Below the pieces are notes generated by a model. The model searched no databases and was not told the DNA's origin. It worked only from the letters and a program-made list of their open reading frames with translations. This document shows, piece after piece, positions 18,406 through 35,227 of a DNA stretch of 64,000 nucleotides (position 1 is its first letter; each line of letters starts with the position of its first letter). This DNA is from Octopus vulgaris (lineage: Eukaryota), in contig OX597828.1 of assembly GCA_951406725.2 (NCBI GenBank), forward strand, positions 43,710,001 through 43,774,000, written 5' to 3'. The position numbers were made by a program, and so were the translations under genes.

Positions 18406-18418
18406 ATATATACATATG

Positions 18419-18474
<56 letters not shown>

Positions 18475-18558
18475 GAGGATTCATTTGTTTAATGGAATAA
18501 AGTAACCACCTTATTATCGAGAATTTGTTTCGGCTTGAATACTATCCAGTCTTCATCG

Positions 18559-19090
<532 letters not shown>

Positions 19091-19405
19091 ATCAATGTTC
19101 TGATTTGCCTCTTCGTGCGTTACACGAGGTACCTTTTCATTCAGCCTTTCTGCATTGTTGTCAATGTCCTTCAAGGCAAGAATTGTAATGTTCTATTTTT
19201 TTCCAATATCCATTTGATTAGAATACTTAAGATGCTTCATGATGCCTCAACCGTAAAATGAGTGGAACGCTACAGTATTTACTTGACGTTTTTCAGTACG
19301 GATGTGTGTTTGGAAATGATTCTAAATAAGTAATAACTAAATAAATTACTATTCAGTGATCCATGATACACACTCAGTTCCCTAAGCAGACATATATCTC
19401 AGAAA

Positions 19406-19635
19406 GGCGGCGAGCTGGCAGAAGCGTTAGCACGCCGGGCGAAATACGTAGCCGTATTTCGTCTGCCGTTACTTTCTGAGTTCAAATTCCACCGGGGTCG
19501 ACTTTGCCATTCATCCTTTCGGGGTCGATTAAATAAGTACCAGTTACGCACTGGGGTCGATATAATCGACTTAATCCCTTTGTCTGTCCTTGTTTGTCCT
19601 CTCTGTGTTTAGCCCCTTGTGGGTAGTAAAGAAAT
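19406..19635 (+). mobile_element. Family A SINE, young tail variant, with perfect 14-bp TSD
   Basis: Flanked by ATATATCTCAGAAA at 19392-19405 and 19636-19649. Confidence 0.93.
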
Positions 19636-20133
19636 ATATATCTCAGAAATTCTGCTATCATCTATCTGCTACTGTTGTGTTGCTCCGTAATAACTGTAAT
19701 CAGTTTCAGTGAGGTGTACCTCACTTTTCATAGAATATTACTGTAAGACTCAGTAAAGAAAGGCCAGACAGAAGTGTCGATGAGTTAATATTGTCTCAGG
19801 GGTATCACAATCTAACACAGAATCATCTGCATTTCTATGAATCCAGGTAGGATTAAAGGACATTGCACTGGAGAGTAAAAACAAATCTGTGGGTATCTGA
19901 ACGTTTAAAAGTAAAGCTTCTGTGACCTGTGAATAAAATGCAATCAATAATTGAAAGACCCTTGCTCGTAAACTCTGTTTTAAAAAGAGTCCTTTCGGAT
20001 TTTAATATCTGGAGCCTTACTCGTAAGTATTTACTCATTTACTGGAACTATCTTCATAAAGGGCGTGCTCCCTTTCGAAGATTATTCCGTATTCACAATG
20101 CATTCAAAAGCAACTTGCCAATGTCAGTATGTA

Positions 20134-20694
20134 TTGGGTTGTCCGGAAAGTTCATGCCGATTTATAGCAGCTTACCTTTCGACTTTTTCAGAACATGGTT
20201 GAGTCCATAAAATAGGATATGACAACACCTACATTTAGAGCAGAGTTTGAGCTATCTTTTTGTGGAAGATTTATGTTTCTATAACCTGTGTTAATTCTGT
20301 AACCCTTTAAAATTGAAAATAAGAAAGTTCATTTTCGGCACTTGATGCTTTGGGAACCAGACGAAAATTGCTGCAGCTCGGCTGGGATGTGTTACTCCAC
20401 CCTCCATATTCACCAGATATTGCTCCTTCGGATTTCCACTTATTCAGGTCTCTGCAGAATAGACTTAATGGTAAAAATTTCAATTCCTTGGATGATGTAA
20501 AAAGATACCTTGATGAATTCTTTGTCATGAAACCACCTCAATTCTGGGAAGAGGGTATTTTCAAGTTAAAGGAAAGATGGAGACGCATTGTGCAAAAAAA
20601 TGGTTCATATTTGGTTGATTAAAAATGTAATGGCAAGTATTTATTCACCTTTTCTTTTCTTTAAAAATCGGCACGAACTTTCCGGACAAGCCAA
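20134..20694 (+). mobile_element. Internally deleted Tc1/mariner (mariner) transposon
   Basis: ~30-bp TIRs TTGGGTTGTCCGGAAAGTTCATGCCGATTT / AAATCGGCACGAACTTTCCGGACAAGCCAA, with TA on both flanks. Contains transposase remnants. Confidence 0.95.
20310..20622 (+). pseudogene. Mariner transposase remnant (N-terminal stub fused to C-terminus)
   Basis: ENKKVHFRHLMLW stub joined to LGWDVLLHPPYSPDIAPSDFHLFRSLQN...GIFKLKERWRRIVQKNGSY (YSPD(L/I)APSD motif of DD34D transposases). Confidence 0.92.
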
Positions 20695-22003
20695 TATAAT
20701 GAAGTCGTTATTTCAACGTTTATAATGGTGCGATACATAAATTTGTAATGCCAAATTGTTCTATGAACGTCCTCAAATGGAAGGGCTACATCAAGGAAGA
20801 TGCGGGTCAAAGGTAGCTTCAAGTAAACAGCTCAGAGGAACAAGAGAAATAAGCCATAAGAAATATATCAAGTTCTACCGTGAGATATATTACAGCGAAC
20901 ACGAAGACCACTAACCAGCCTTTCCATTGCCCTACGTACGGATATACTTATCGACTCAAGAAGGAAAGCAACTTCAACCAGGACCCTTGAGAGGAATAAA
21001 GAGCGGTTATCAAAACTCTAGCGTCGAAATCTCTCGACAGTAAAAACAATATTTGAGCAGGAACGTGGCAGATAAGAAAGTACAATCGGCAAACACGAAA
21101 AACACTCCAAACCTATATAGGTTTATACAGATATTTCGAGTCAACATTTGGAGGATGTAGGATTTATACAAGGTTCTCTCATGTCATTGGTATGCAAAAT
21201 TCCACTGCAAAAGAAAAGGGAAAGTCCTCGGAGACAAAGGAAAAAAACCCGACGGCAACAAGTACAGAAAAAGAGAGAGGGGATAGTAGCAGACTACAGA
21301 AAATATGCTCATTATGTAAATACATATATATATGTATATATATATATATATATAAATATAGATATACAGGTATATGCTTATTTATAGTCTTGTATGTACA
21401 CACACACACATATATATATATACACGCATATATATATATATATATATACATATTTATATATATAGATACATTCATATACATATCAACGTCCATAAATATA
21501 TACATACGTACACAAACAAGAACAAGTGGCACACAGAGATACACACGCAGGTATACACACACACATTTACACACACACACATACATGTGAATATGAATAT
21601 ATTCCTTTCATTGAAGTTGCCATATTGTTGACCTTTCTTGAATTAGAAATTTCAGGGGCGATAATTTTACGCTAGATTCTCAGTTATTATTTTTTTTCTA
21701 GTTGCTATAGATTTTCCTTCTAAAGCCACACTATAGAAAACATTAGCACTTTTCCAACAAATAATTGAAATTGTAAGAATGCTTTATCGGAATTATTTTT
21801 CGTGTCTTTTTTTGGTTTTATATTGTTTTCTCCTTTAATATATTTATTGTTTCATCTCTTAGTTTCTAGGAATTAGATTTATTCACTGTAACCATGTATA
21901 CATGCATGTATATATATATGTGTATGTATGTATATATATATGTATATATGTATATACATATACACATATGTAAATATATTTATATATGAATATTTATATA
22001 TAC

Positions 22004-22044
<41 letters not shown>

Positions 22045-22244
22045 CGCACACACACCAACATATACACATAATGTGTATTACATAACTTCATAGTGTTGTA
22101 GCTAAAAACAAACTCCATGTATTCACATATATGTATGTATACATACACACACGCACCAAAGAATACATACACACACACACGCACATATTTATATATACAC
22201 TTATATATATATGTATATATATATATATACATACATACACACAC

Positions 22245-22286
<42 letters not shown>

Positions 22287-22357
22287 TGCATAATTTCATA
22301 TTGTTGTTTTTATAAACAAACAGCTCGTGCGTTTCCGACATATACATATTCACACGC

Positions 22358-22429
<72 letters not shown>

Positions 22430-22574
22430 GTATGTATGTATATATATACACATTCACACGGAAACATGCATGCATATATATATACATACATACATATATA
22501 TACATATACATATATATGTATACATATACATATATATATATACACATATACATACATACATATATATAAAATAT

Positions 22575-22608
<34 letters not shown>

Positions 22609-23369
22609 ATATACATACATGTACATGTATATATATATATATGTGTGTGTGTCTGTGTGTGTGCCTGTGTTTTTCATGTATGTGTATATATATCTATATA
22701 TATATGCGAACACACTACCATATATGTCCAAGTAACTGACTATATAACAACATGTCTATACATATACATGCACTTGTTTCTCCGATAATAAATATGCGTT
22801 TGGTAGGAGTGTATATTTGAGCGCATCACAGTTGTGTGTGCCTTCCTACCGCTGAAATATTTTGTTTACATGCGCCATGTTTCTTCTTTATTATATTTGT
22901 GAATTTCACATGATAAAAGAAAAAAATGCGATTCCTCTACGTTTCACTTCATATAGCTCTCGGGAAAAACCATTTCTTCACTGTTTACTTTTAATCCAAT
23001 TGATTTTATCGACTCTCGATTCAAATTAAACAGACAATAATTAATTCTAACGACTTGATTGCAAACCCCACTCCCTAAAAAAAACTAAACAACAAAAAAT
23101 AAATGAATCTTTTCTTTGCATATTATACATATTCTTACTATGCTTTCTTTTTAATTTTTTTAAATTTAAATTGTTCATATGCTTTAATTATTTTTTATTT
23201 CGAATTCTTCGTAATAGTTTTTTTAAAGAATTTAAATTTTAGTTCATTTAATTTTTTTTAGTATAATATTGTTATTAATACTATCATGGTATCGTTATTG
23301 TTTTTGTTAAATAATATTAGAAAATAACAATATAATATAATAATAATATAATAGTGGATGCCGGATAGT

Positions 23370-26270
<2,901 letters not shown>

Positions 26271-26564
26271 GACTATTTCATACTTGTTCATTCTTCAATG
26301 ACTTGCTTTGTTTTATACAGAAATTTCTTTCGCAGACTTCTTTATTTTTTTATCAACTATTCGTTCCGAAAACCTATTAGCTATGTGTATGCGTGCATAT
26401 ACCATACGTGTATGTATGCTTGTATGACTATGTGTTTGTAAGCATCTGTATTTTATATGTAGGCATATGTACGCATAAATGTATATATGCATGTATGTAC
26501 TATATATGCATCCATATATTTATCAATCTATCTATCCATTTATCTTTCTCCGTCTCTCTCTAAG

Positions 26565-26632
<68 letters not shown>

Positions 26633-26954
26633 TATGTACGTTTCTATGTATGTACACATTTTTGTATATGTGTGTGTATATATGGCATTCATGAATTCAT
26701 ATTCATTTATAAATTAAAAAATCAATTTTACAAGATTTTTCGTTTCAAAAATCTTTAGAAATTTCCTTCGTTGCTCTTTTCTCCTTATCTCTACCTTTCT
26801 CTCCTCTCACACTCCCTCTCTCTCTCGCTCTCTCACAGTCGAATATTTAAAATATTAACTAGTCTGGGTTACGTGAACTCTAAATTTGTTTTTTTATATT
26901 TTTGCTGATCTCATATCTTATTTTTTAACCTATGTCTTCATTTCAGTCCAGAAA

Positions 26955-27127
<173 letters not shown>

Positions 27128-27193
27128 CACACACATATATATATATACACACACATATATGTATATATATATATGTATGTATGTATATGCATG

Positions 27194-27272
<79 letters not shown>

Positions 27273-27898
27273 GCATCAAAATATAAAATTTATAATTAAT
27301 GGTATCTTAGTGCTTTGTTAAAAAATAAACGATGATATCTCTTTTGTCTTTGCGCAGATAATAAAATGCCTGCACGTGCAAAAGTACACTCGCATGTATA
27401 CCTCTCCCCCATTTGCATTCTCCACTACAGGCCCCACTGCCGCCGCCGCCGCCGCCGCCACCTACCTCACCGCCGGCGCCACCGCCAACACCACTACCAA
27501 TATCACCAAACGCACGCATCGTTTATGATAACCTTACTGAACGACATTCATGTATATGTGCATGTGTACACATGCCTTTGTATATGTGTGCTTGTGTGTG
27601 TGTGTGTGTGGGTTCATTTTATGTATGCACATACAGACAAGTACATATGTGTGTTTGTGTGTCTTAGTATGTACACTGTGATTGATCGTTGTGTGAGAAA
27701 ATGGTGTACCCGACAGAGAATGTATGTATGTATGTAGGCATGTATGTATTTGGCTGTGAGAGAAGGATAGAAAGATTGACTATATATAAAAAGAGAAAGG
27801 AGAAAGAAAAAAGGAAGATAATGAGAAAAATAACAGAGCATTATTACATATATAGACAGTCAAACACATTGAAGGAATCAAAAATATAAAGTCTGAAG

Positions 27899-28728
27899 GA
27901 AACACAAATATGAAAATTTAAAATGGGCCTGATTAATTTTTGTTGAAGACTTTAGGATTAAAACAAGGAGGGAGATGGAAAATATATTATATAAAATAAT
28001 AATTTCAGAAATAGTTGTAATTAAGATTATTGTCGGAAACACTCAAAAGGTGGTGTGTCTGTTTATGTCCCCCCCCACCACCAAATAGACGACCGCTATC
28101 CTATCTGTCTTGGGAGACAATCATTGTTCAAGAAATCACCGTCTCTCATTTTCCATTAGGAGGCAGACCGCATATCGTGTATTTGAGATATATCGGCGAT
28201 CTACTGGTGCATTATAGGTGTAATGTTATCGTATGTGTCATACGTAGCTTCTTAGTGTGCAGAGTTCTCATTCGTCTCTTCCACTATGATTTTTTTCTTC
28301 TATTTTTGTAAAAAATTATTTTCTTAGTTTTGAACACCATGCTGCTCGTCTGCACGTGTTATTTTTCGCTTCTCCTTCCATCCCACAATTCACATGCGTG
28401 ACACAACGAAGATCAATATTGGTGTCGCCGGTTTAATATGATTTATTGCTTGCAGATTTACAACGCGCATGCTTAAACCATAATCCCTTTTATTTTCTTG
28501 TTCATGTTGCTTGTGAATAATGCGTTATCTGCTTTCAAGATACCAAACTAGACATTTTTTTGTAACGTCCACAGTGCATTTGATAACCTCCAAGAAATAT
28601 CAAACTCCCTGATAGTGAGGAGAATAACAGAAAGAAATACAAATATGAAAATTTAAAATGGGGCTGATTAATTTTTGTTGAAGACTTTAGGATTAAAACT
28701 CGGTGGGAGATGGACAAAAATATTATAT
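27899..28728 (+). repeat. ~90-bp direct repeat pair (27899-27990 and 28635-28728)
   Basis: ACAAATATGAAAATTTAAAATGGG(C/G)CTGATTAATTTTTGTTGAAGACTTTAGGATTAAAAC..GGGAGATGGA occurs twice. Confidence 0.85.
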
Positions 28729-29169
28729 CTGTCATTTAATTTCACTTTGTAAATTTATATTGTTTCATTGGAAAATGTATGATAGATTCTAGATTTATCA
28801 TGAAGAAGATTTACCATCCTCATCGAATCAAGCTTTCTCAGAATGACTTTCGATTGCCAATTTCTCGTCTATAGTCGTAGGTCATATTGCAATGCCAGTC
28901 TCCTCGAAGAGTTTCCCAGACCAAAATTCATAGAAGTATAATTTGTTCTTCGAAATGGGGAAAGAAGCTAAGGACAGGGTATTTATCATTATTATTATTA
29001 TTATGCTCGCTATTGAGTGTACTTATTCAAGAGAACAGGAGCCTTTACCTGAGTGACAAAGGCGAGAGAGACATAGGAAGGGAGAGAAGGTGGGGAGGAG
29101 AGAAAAGGTGATGTCGTTCAGTTAGCTGTTGAAGTTTTCTGTTGTTTGGTAATCATTATTGTCTCTAAG

Positions 29170-30945
29170 TGAACGGCAGTGAACAAGCAGTATTGGTACA
29201 GCGCCGGGATAAAATGCTAAGCAATATTTCGTCCGTCTTCTTGTCCCGTGTTCAAATTCCGCCAAGATCGACTTTGCCCTTCATTCTGCCGGGACACGAT
29301 AAAATAACTTCTAGTTGAGCACTGGAGTCGATGTAATCGATTTGCCACCAAATTCGAAATTGTTGACCTTGTTTCAAATTTTGAAACCATTTTTATATCA
29401 AGGTTGAAGGATGAAAACAAATTAAAAGTCAATGATATAAGATTTTAAACTAGATATTCATTTCAAATCTTGGTACAAAGCCAGTAATTTCGAGGCAGCG
29501 TCGAAGTCGATTACATCTACCCAAGTGTTTAACTGGTACGAATTTTATCGACCCCCTTAAGAGTGAAAGACAAAATCCTCCACGGCGGAATTCGAACACA
29601 GAGCGCAAAGACAGACGAAATGCCTCCAAGCATTTTCTCCGGCGTTCTAACGATACTCTTTTCTACTATAGGCATTAGGCACGAAATTTTAGCGGGAGGA
29701 TTAGATCGACCCCGGTATGCAACTGGTACTAGATCTATGGACTCCGAAAGGGTGAAAGGCAAAGTCGGCTTCGACGGAATTTGAACTCAGAACGTAAAGA
29801 CAGACGAAATACCTATTTCTTTACTACCCACTAGGGGCTAAGCACAGAGAGGACAAACAAGGACAGACAAACGGATTAAACCGATAATATCGACCCCAGT
29901 ACGTAACTGGTACTTATTTAATCAACTCCGAAAGGATGAAAGGCAAAGTCGACCTCGGCGGAATTTGAACTCAGAACTTAACGGCTGACGAAATACCGCT
30001 AAGCATTTCGCCCGGTGTGCTGAGGTTTATGCCAGTTCGCCGCCTTTGACAAACGAAATACCGCTAAGCATTTCGCCCGGCGTGTTAACGTTTCTTATTT
30101 CTTTACTACCCACAAGGGGCTAAACACGGAGAGGACAAACAAGGACAGACAAACCGATTAAATCGATTATATCGACCTCAATGCGTAACTGGCATTTATT
30201 TAATCAACCCCGAAAGGATGAAAGGCAAATTCGACCTTGGCGGAATTTGAACTCAGAACGTAGCGGCAGACAAAATACCGCTAAGCATTTCGTCCGGCGT
30301 GTTAACGTTTCTGCAAGCTCAGCGCCTTTCTTTGAAACTAAATATTACTATAACATTTCTGACAACAATCACTGCCATAATCCTCTAAAAAAAAAACTAA
30401 CAGGAAATACACAGTTCACAATTTGTCAACATCTCTTTTCATCAAATGCGTAACCTCTAACACGGTTGCTGTATACAGCGGGCAAAACCTTTCTCATTAG
30501 TGCATAAGAAACCAGACATAAATTTATTATTACTGGTGCATTGGAAGGGCACAGGTGTATCTCAGTGTAATCTAACAAGAACTATTTTATTTTCCTTATA
30601 TGAAGAGGAAATTGTGTTCTTTTTCCCTTAGTTTCCGGTTTTGTACAGCTTTGCAAGTTATATCTCCCTGTTTTCACACGCACTTTTGAGACCCCAGAGA
30701 ATAGCATTAAATATAAGAAACACGGCGAGCTGGCAGAATCGTTTGCACACCGAGTAAAATGCTTAGTGGCTTTTCATCCGTCTTTACGTTCCGAGTTCAA
30801 ATTTAGCCGAGGTCGACTTTAACATTTATCCTTTCAGGAGCGATAAAAACAAGTACAAACTGCAGACTGGGGTGAGGGTGGGGGTGCGATTTACCCGGCT
30901 TATCCCTCCCACCAAATTGCTGGCCAGGAGCCAAATTTTGAAACT
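29170..30945. mobile_element. Cluster of family A SINEs: + copy ~29170-29390, tandem/nested minus copies ~29460-30328, + copy ~30720-30945
   Basis: Repeated GGCGGAATTTGAACTCAGAAC and GAAAGGATGAAAGGCAAAGTCGACC motifs. Confidence 0.88.
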
Positions 30946-31150
30946 AATATCAAATATAAGGAAAAATTAAAACCCAGCTGTTGTTAAACATGGAAAGAAA
31001 TTGTTGGCAATGAAGAATATAACTGTCATACTACTTGTAGGGGCTTTGAGAGAATTCACAACCAGGTTGCAAAAATCTGGGATTGGCATGAGGGTTGAAC
31101 ATGCTCAGAGAAAATAATTTTACAGAGAACAGCGAGGATATTGTCATTGG

Positions 31151-31189
31151 TAGGCGTATGAGTGGCTGTGTGGTAAATAGCTTGCTTAC
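31151..31189 (+). mobile_element. Truncated family B SINE head
   Basis: TAGGCGTATGAGTGGCTGTGTGGTAAATAGCTTGCTTAC matches 13143-13181, then stops abruptly. Confidence 0.75.
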
Positions 31190-31921
31190 GCATGCGTGTT
31201 TGTTAGTTACTTCCGTGAATGAGAACTGTCAAGACGTGCTGTGAAGCCGTCCTGAAAATTTGAAAAAGTTTACGTACGACCACAGGTAAGGCATTTGTCC
31301 TTTTTAGGAGCTTAGATGGAGCTGTTGTTTACATTGAATTATGTTTTCGAACGAGGATCTCCACTGGGTTCGAGGCATTTGTTTGCCAGTGGTCGTACAA
31401 AAAGTATCACTTTATAGTGAGAATTGTGTTTGCTTTTTTGGGGGGGGGGGGCGTATTCCCTCCAGGAAATTTTTGTTGTGAAAATTGTTTGTGCCAGGAA
31501 ATTTCACTTTTTAACAGTGTATGTTTTTACAACAACATTTACCATTATTGGGAAGCTGTATTTCAAGTGTTCACATGAAGTGGACATTTTTTCTCATTGG
31601 GAAAAGTATAGTTTGGTGACGTATCTTGCCACCAAAAGTCGTTCGCTGTTCGTAAATAGTGTGTATTTTTACAACTACGTTGGAAAGCTGTATTTGAAAT
31701 GGAGCAGTCCAGGTTCTAATTGGAGTACCATAGGGCTTGGAGTACATGAATGCCCAGAATACTTTTTTGCTGTGTTTTTTTTTTTTTGAATTGTTGTTTT
31801 CTTCTTCTATTGTGACATTTTTTATTGAACTGTTTCCTTTTTTCTTCTTCCCTTTTGTTTCCTTTTGAATTCTCTCTTTCCTTTTTGGGAACTATTGTTT
31901 TGGACTTTTATAATTTTTAAC

Positions 31922-32880
31922 ATGGCAAAAAGTACGGGAAAGATTGTAGAGTGTGAGATTGTCCCACCTAAGGAGTGGCTCAGACAGCAAGAGAAGAGGA
32001 CGGTGGTGTTGAGAACGCGTTCGAAGGTTTTCGACACCATTACCGTCTTCACCAAGCAGAGGATTGGGCAGGAGTTGGCGGAACATCTGCCAACCATTAA
32101 GTATAACTCTAGAGGAGTCAAACATGCAACGGTGTGGTTGCTGTTTGACACCCCAGAGGAAGCTCGCAGTTTTTTGCGAGCCAGCCCGTTGAAGGTAAAG
32201 AAATTTTGTTTCTTCCCACTTATTGTGGGAAAAATTGACGAGGATTGCCACCTGGAATTGAACCCCGGTGGATAGATAATACTATCCCTCGGGGTCTGGG
32301 TGGAAGCGGAGCCAGGCTCCTCAATGTGAAAATTCTTCCTGCGGCTGATTGGGTTGGGTCAAAAGCTATTTTGACCCAGTGGACCCAAACAGCCATGAAT
32401 CTAGTTATGCTAGATTTTTTGAAAATGGCCGGGTGCAGGTACCCGGTGATTCTTGAGGGTCACCCTTCCGCAGGTGTCATCGGTGCCTGGAGCCTGGCCA
32501 TATAAAGAAAAACTGTCCTTCGGAACAAAGCAAAGTCCTGGAGCAGTCATTGTGACCTCTGTGGAAGAGGGAGCGAAGGCAGATGAGGAGACGGAGGACT
32601 CCTCAGGGAAGAGCTGCAAGAGGAAGAAGGTGAGCAACAATGGGTGCTCACCAAGGGATCCTGGGGACGAGGGAGGGGAGGTGAATCTCCTTGTCATGGA
32701 GGAGACGCACCCTCCCTCAGCTGAGAGGAAAAAAGAGGATGAGGAAGAGAAACGCGACATTGCCGGAAACTTGCCGGTAGGGGTTGTGCCACCGACAGGG
32801 GAAGAGACACCGTTGGTCGGATTTGTGCCGCCAACGGTAGAATTGACTACCTCGAACCCGGATGAATAGGAATTATTGGT
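31922..32880 (+). pseudogene. Frameshifted gag-like LINE ORF1 (probably L1/Tx1 clade) with CCHC zinc knuckle
   Basis: GC-richer coding-like block. ATG at 31922 (MAKSTGKIVECEIV...LLFDTPEEARSFL, RRM-like). A shifted frame gives CHRCLEPGHIKKNC (CX2CX4HX4C) at 32475-32516, then an acidic/basic tail. Several frameshifts. Confidence 0.8.
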
Positions 32881-32949
32881 CTTCTTCTACTGAGGTGGAG
32901 ACGTAGAAGAGGTGGTGGAAAAGCACCGTCAAGGAGTACCTTTAACCTT

Positions 32950-33258
32950 CATGCCTTTAAAGCTCTTTGCCTAAAATCACCAACAACGACAGGGCTTACT
33001 CGCTATTGTTAAACAATTCGGTGATGGCATCAAGATGCAATTTGATCTCGATAACTGTGCAAAGTAAAAATGACAGAAACATCTAACGTTAATCTTAATC
33101 AGCAGAATGTCATACAAGAGTTAGAACCACCGGAGGTCTACAAATATATGACACCCGAGGCGTAACAGCAACATGAACTTCTAACTTGTTGTCTCTTGAT
33201 GTGTCTAGGTGAGACTTTGAACCAACTTGCACAAATGCAAAGCAAAAGTCAAAGATAA

Positions 33259-33260
<2 letters not shown>
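32950..33260 (+). mobile_element. Internally deleted R4/Dong-type LINE: RT fragment fused to 3' UTR
   Basis: LKLFA*NHQQRQGLLAIVKQFGDGIKMQFDLDNCAK...ELEPPEVYKY (RT C-terminal motifs), then a 3' UTR matching the reverse complement of 13711-13825, ending in (TAA)n. Confidence 0.82.
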
Positions 33261-33312
<52 letters not shown>

Positions 33313-33425
33313 TGTAATAATAATAATAATAATAATAACGGTAGTAACAGCGGAATCATCATATCACCATCATCAACAATCATTATTATAATCGTTTTCT
33401 TCATCAAGATGGTGATGATCATTAC

Positions 33426-33463
<38 letters not shown>

Positions 33464-34379
33464 CCACCATCATCATCATTATCATAATCATCACCACTAT
33501 CATCATCATTATCATCATCATCATCACCACTACCATCATCTCAACTATCATCATCACTACCACCGCCACCACCTTCCCCACCACCACCACCTTCCCCACC
33601 ACCACCAGCACAACCACCATCATCATCATCATCATCATCATCACTACCACCACTACCACCATCGTCGTCCTCCTCCTCCACCTCCTCCTCCTCATCATCA
33701 TCATCATTGTCATTATCATCATTGCCATCATTAATGAACGCCATCAATCAACACATCTTAACTGTCTCCACTTTCCTTTCATTAATGATGTCATCATTGC
33801 ATTTTCTTAATTATATTTTTATTTTTGTATTTCGTTTTCTGTCCATAATTAATTGATATGGAATTAGCGAGAAATGCAGGACACAAACCACAAATTAAAT
33901 TCAAAAATAACAAGAGTCCTCTCAGCAACAACAACAACAACAACAACAACAGCTACAACAACAACAACAGCTACAACAATAACGACGACGACGACGACGA
34001 CAACGACGATAACAACATTTAAAATGATATTGATGAGGAAGAGGAGGAAGGCAAGAAGGATGAGGATAAGGTGAATGAGGCGGGGAGCAGAGAGTTAAAA
34101 GGAACAATGATGTTAATGATGGAGGTGCAGCCTCTGCTGGTGATGATGGTGATAATGATGATGATGATGATGATGATGGTGATGACAACGATGATGATGA
34201 TGATGATGATGTAGATGGCTATGATCCTGCTGCTGCTGTTAGTGGCGTCGCATCTGATGATGATGATGATGATGGTGATGATGAAGGTGATGATGATGAT
34301 GATGATGTTGACGATGATGGCGATGATGATGATGGTGATCGTGATGATGATGATGATGTTGAGGAGGATGAGGATGATA
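33260..34379. repeat. (TAA)n, (CAT)n/(CAC)n, (CAA)n and (GAT)n low-complexity arrays
   Basis: Directly visible. Confidence 0.9.
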
Positions 34380-34479
34380 NNNNNNNNNNNNNNNNNNNNN
34401 NNNNNNNNNNNNNNNNNNNNNNNNNNNNNNNNNNNNNNNNNNNNNNNNNNNNNNNNNNNNNNNNNNNNNNNNNNNNNNN
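34380..34479. other. Assembly gap (100 N)
   Basis: Run of N; true size and contiguity unknown. Confidence 1.
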
Positions 34480-34984
34480 AATGCAAAATATCAGCTACTA
34501 GGAAAGACTGAAAGTATTAAACCTCTTCTCCCTAGAGCGGAGGCGGGAGAGATACGCGGTGATATACATCTGGAAAATCCCGGAGGGTCTTGTCCCAAAC
34601 TTTGGCATTCAAAGTTACCCCAACCGCAGAACGGGGCGCCACTGCATGGTGCCAAAGTTTCCAACATCACCATCAAAATACAGGTCCAGATACTGCAACA
34701 GCTTGGGTTTCAGAGGACCACAACTCTTTAACATCCTCCCTAAATGCCTGGTGTGGATGTGGGTTTCTTTAAAACTAAACTGGATCTCTTCTTGTCGGGA
34801 GTCCCAGATGAACCTACCTCACGACAGGAGACGCAGATGCGGGCAGCAGCATCGAACTCCCTTGTTGATCAAGTGCCACGTATCAGAAGTGGATTCACAT
34901 ATTAGTGTAGCTCATTAAGCGGTGGTGCCCCAGCATGGCCGCGGCCTTCGGGCTAAAACATTTTTAAGGATTTTAAGGATTTAA
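34480..34984 (+). mobile_element. CR1-group LINE 3' end (ORF2 C-terminus + 3' UTR)
   Basis: ISY*ERLKVLNLFSLERRRERYAVIYIWK...RGPQLFNILPKCL matches the Y.ERL..L.L.SLERRR pattern of CR1-group ORF2. Ends in short tandem repeats (TTTTAAGGA)n. Confidence 0.85.
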
Positions 34985-35094
34985 TGGAAAAAAAACAGTC
35001 TGGTCGAGACCGTGAAACCGTGTGATAAATTGATATAAGACGTGGATTAAATTACCTGGCATTTAATTCGGTGATATGTCTGGTTAGAAGGGGC

Positions 35095-35185
35095 ATATTC
35101 TAGTACTCCGTTAGTTACTGTGACGAAGGTTCCAGTTAATCCGATCAACGAAACAGCCTAATCGTGATATTAATTTGTGAATGTC
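35095..35185 (+). repeat. Fragment of an interspersed repeat also present at ~63693-63750
   Basis: GTTCCAGTTAATCCGATCAACGAAACAGCC vs GTTCCAGTTGATCCAATCATCGGTACAGCC. Confidence 0.6.
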
Positions 35186-35227
35186 CTCAGATTTGTAACC
35201 ACGAGGATGCATTGTTAGAATACCGTA

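Noticed and set aside
20350-20622. SETMAR-like host gene
   Set aside because: Only a transposase C-terminus lying between TIRs with a TA duplication; no SET domain.
34019-34511. ORFs spanning the N run
   Set aside because: Artefacts of the assembly gap and the flanking (GAT)n repeat.
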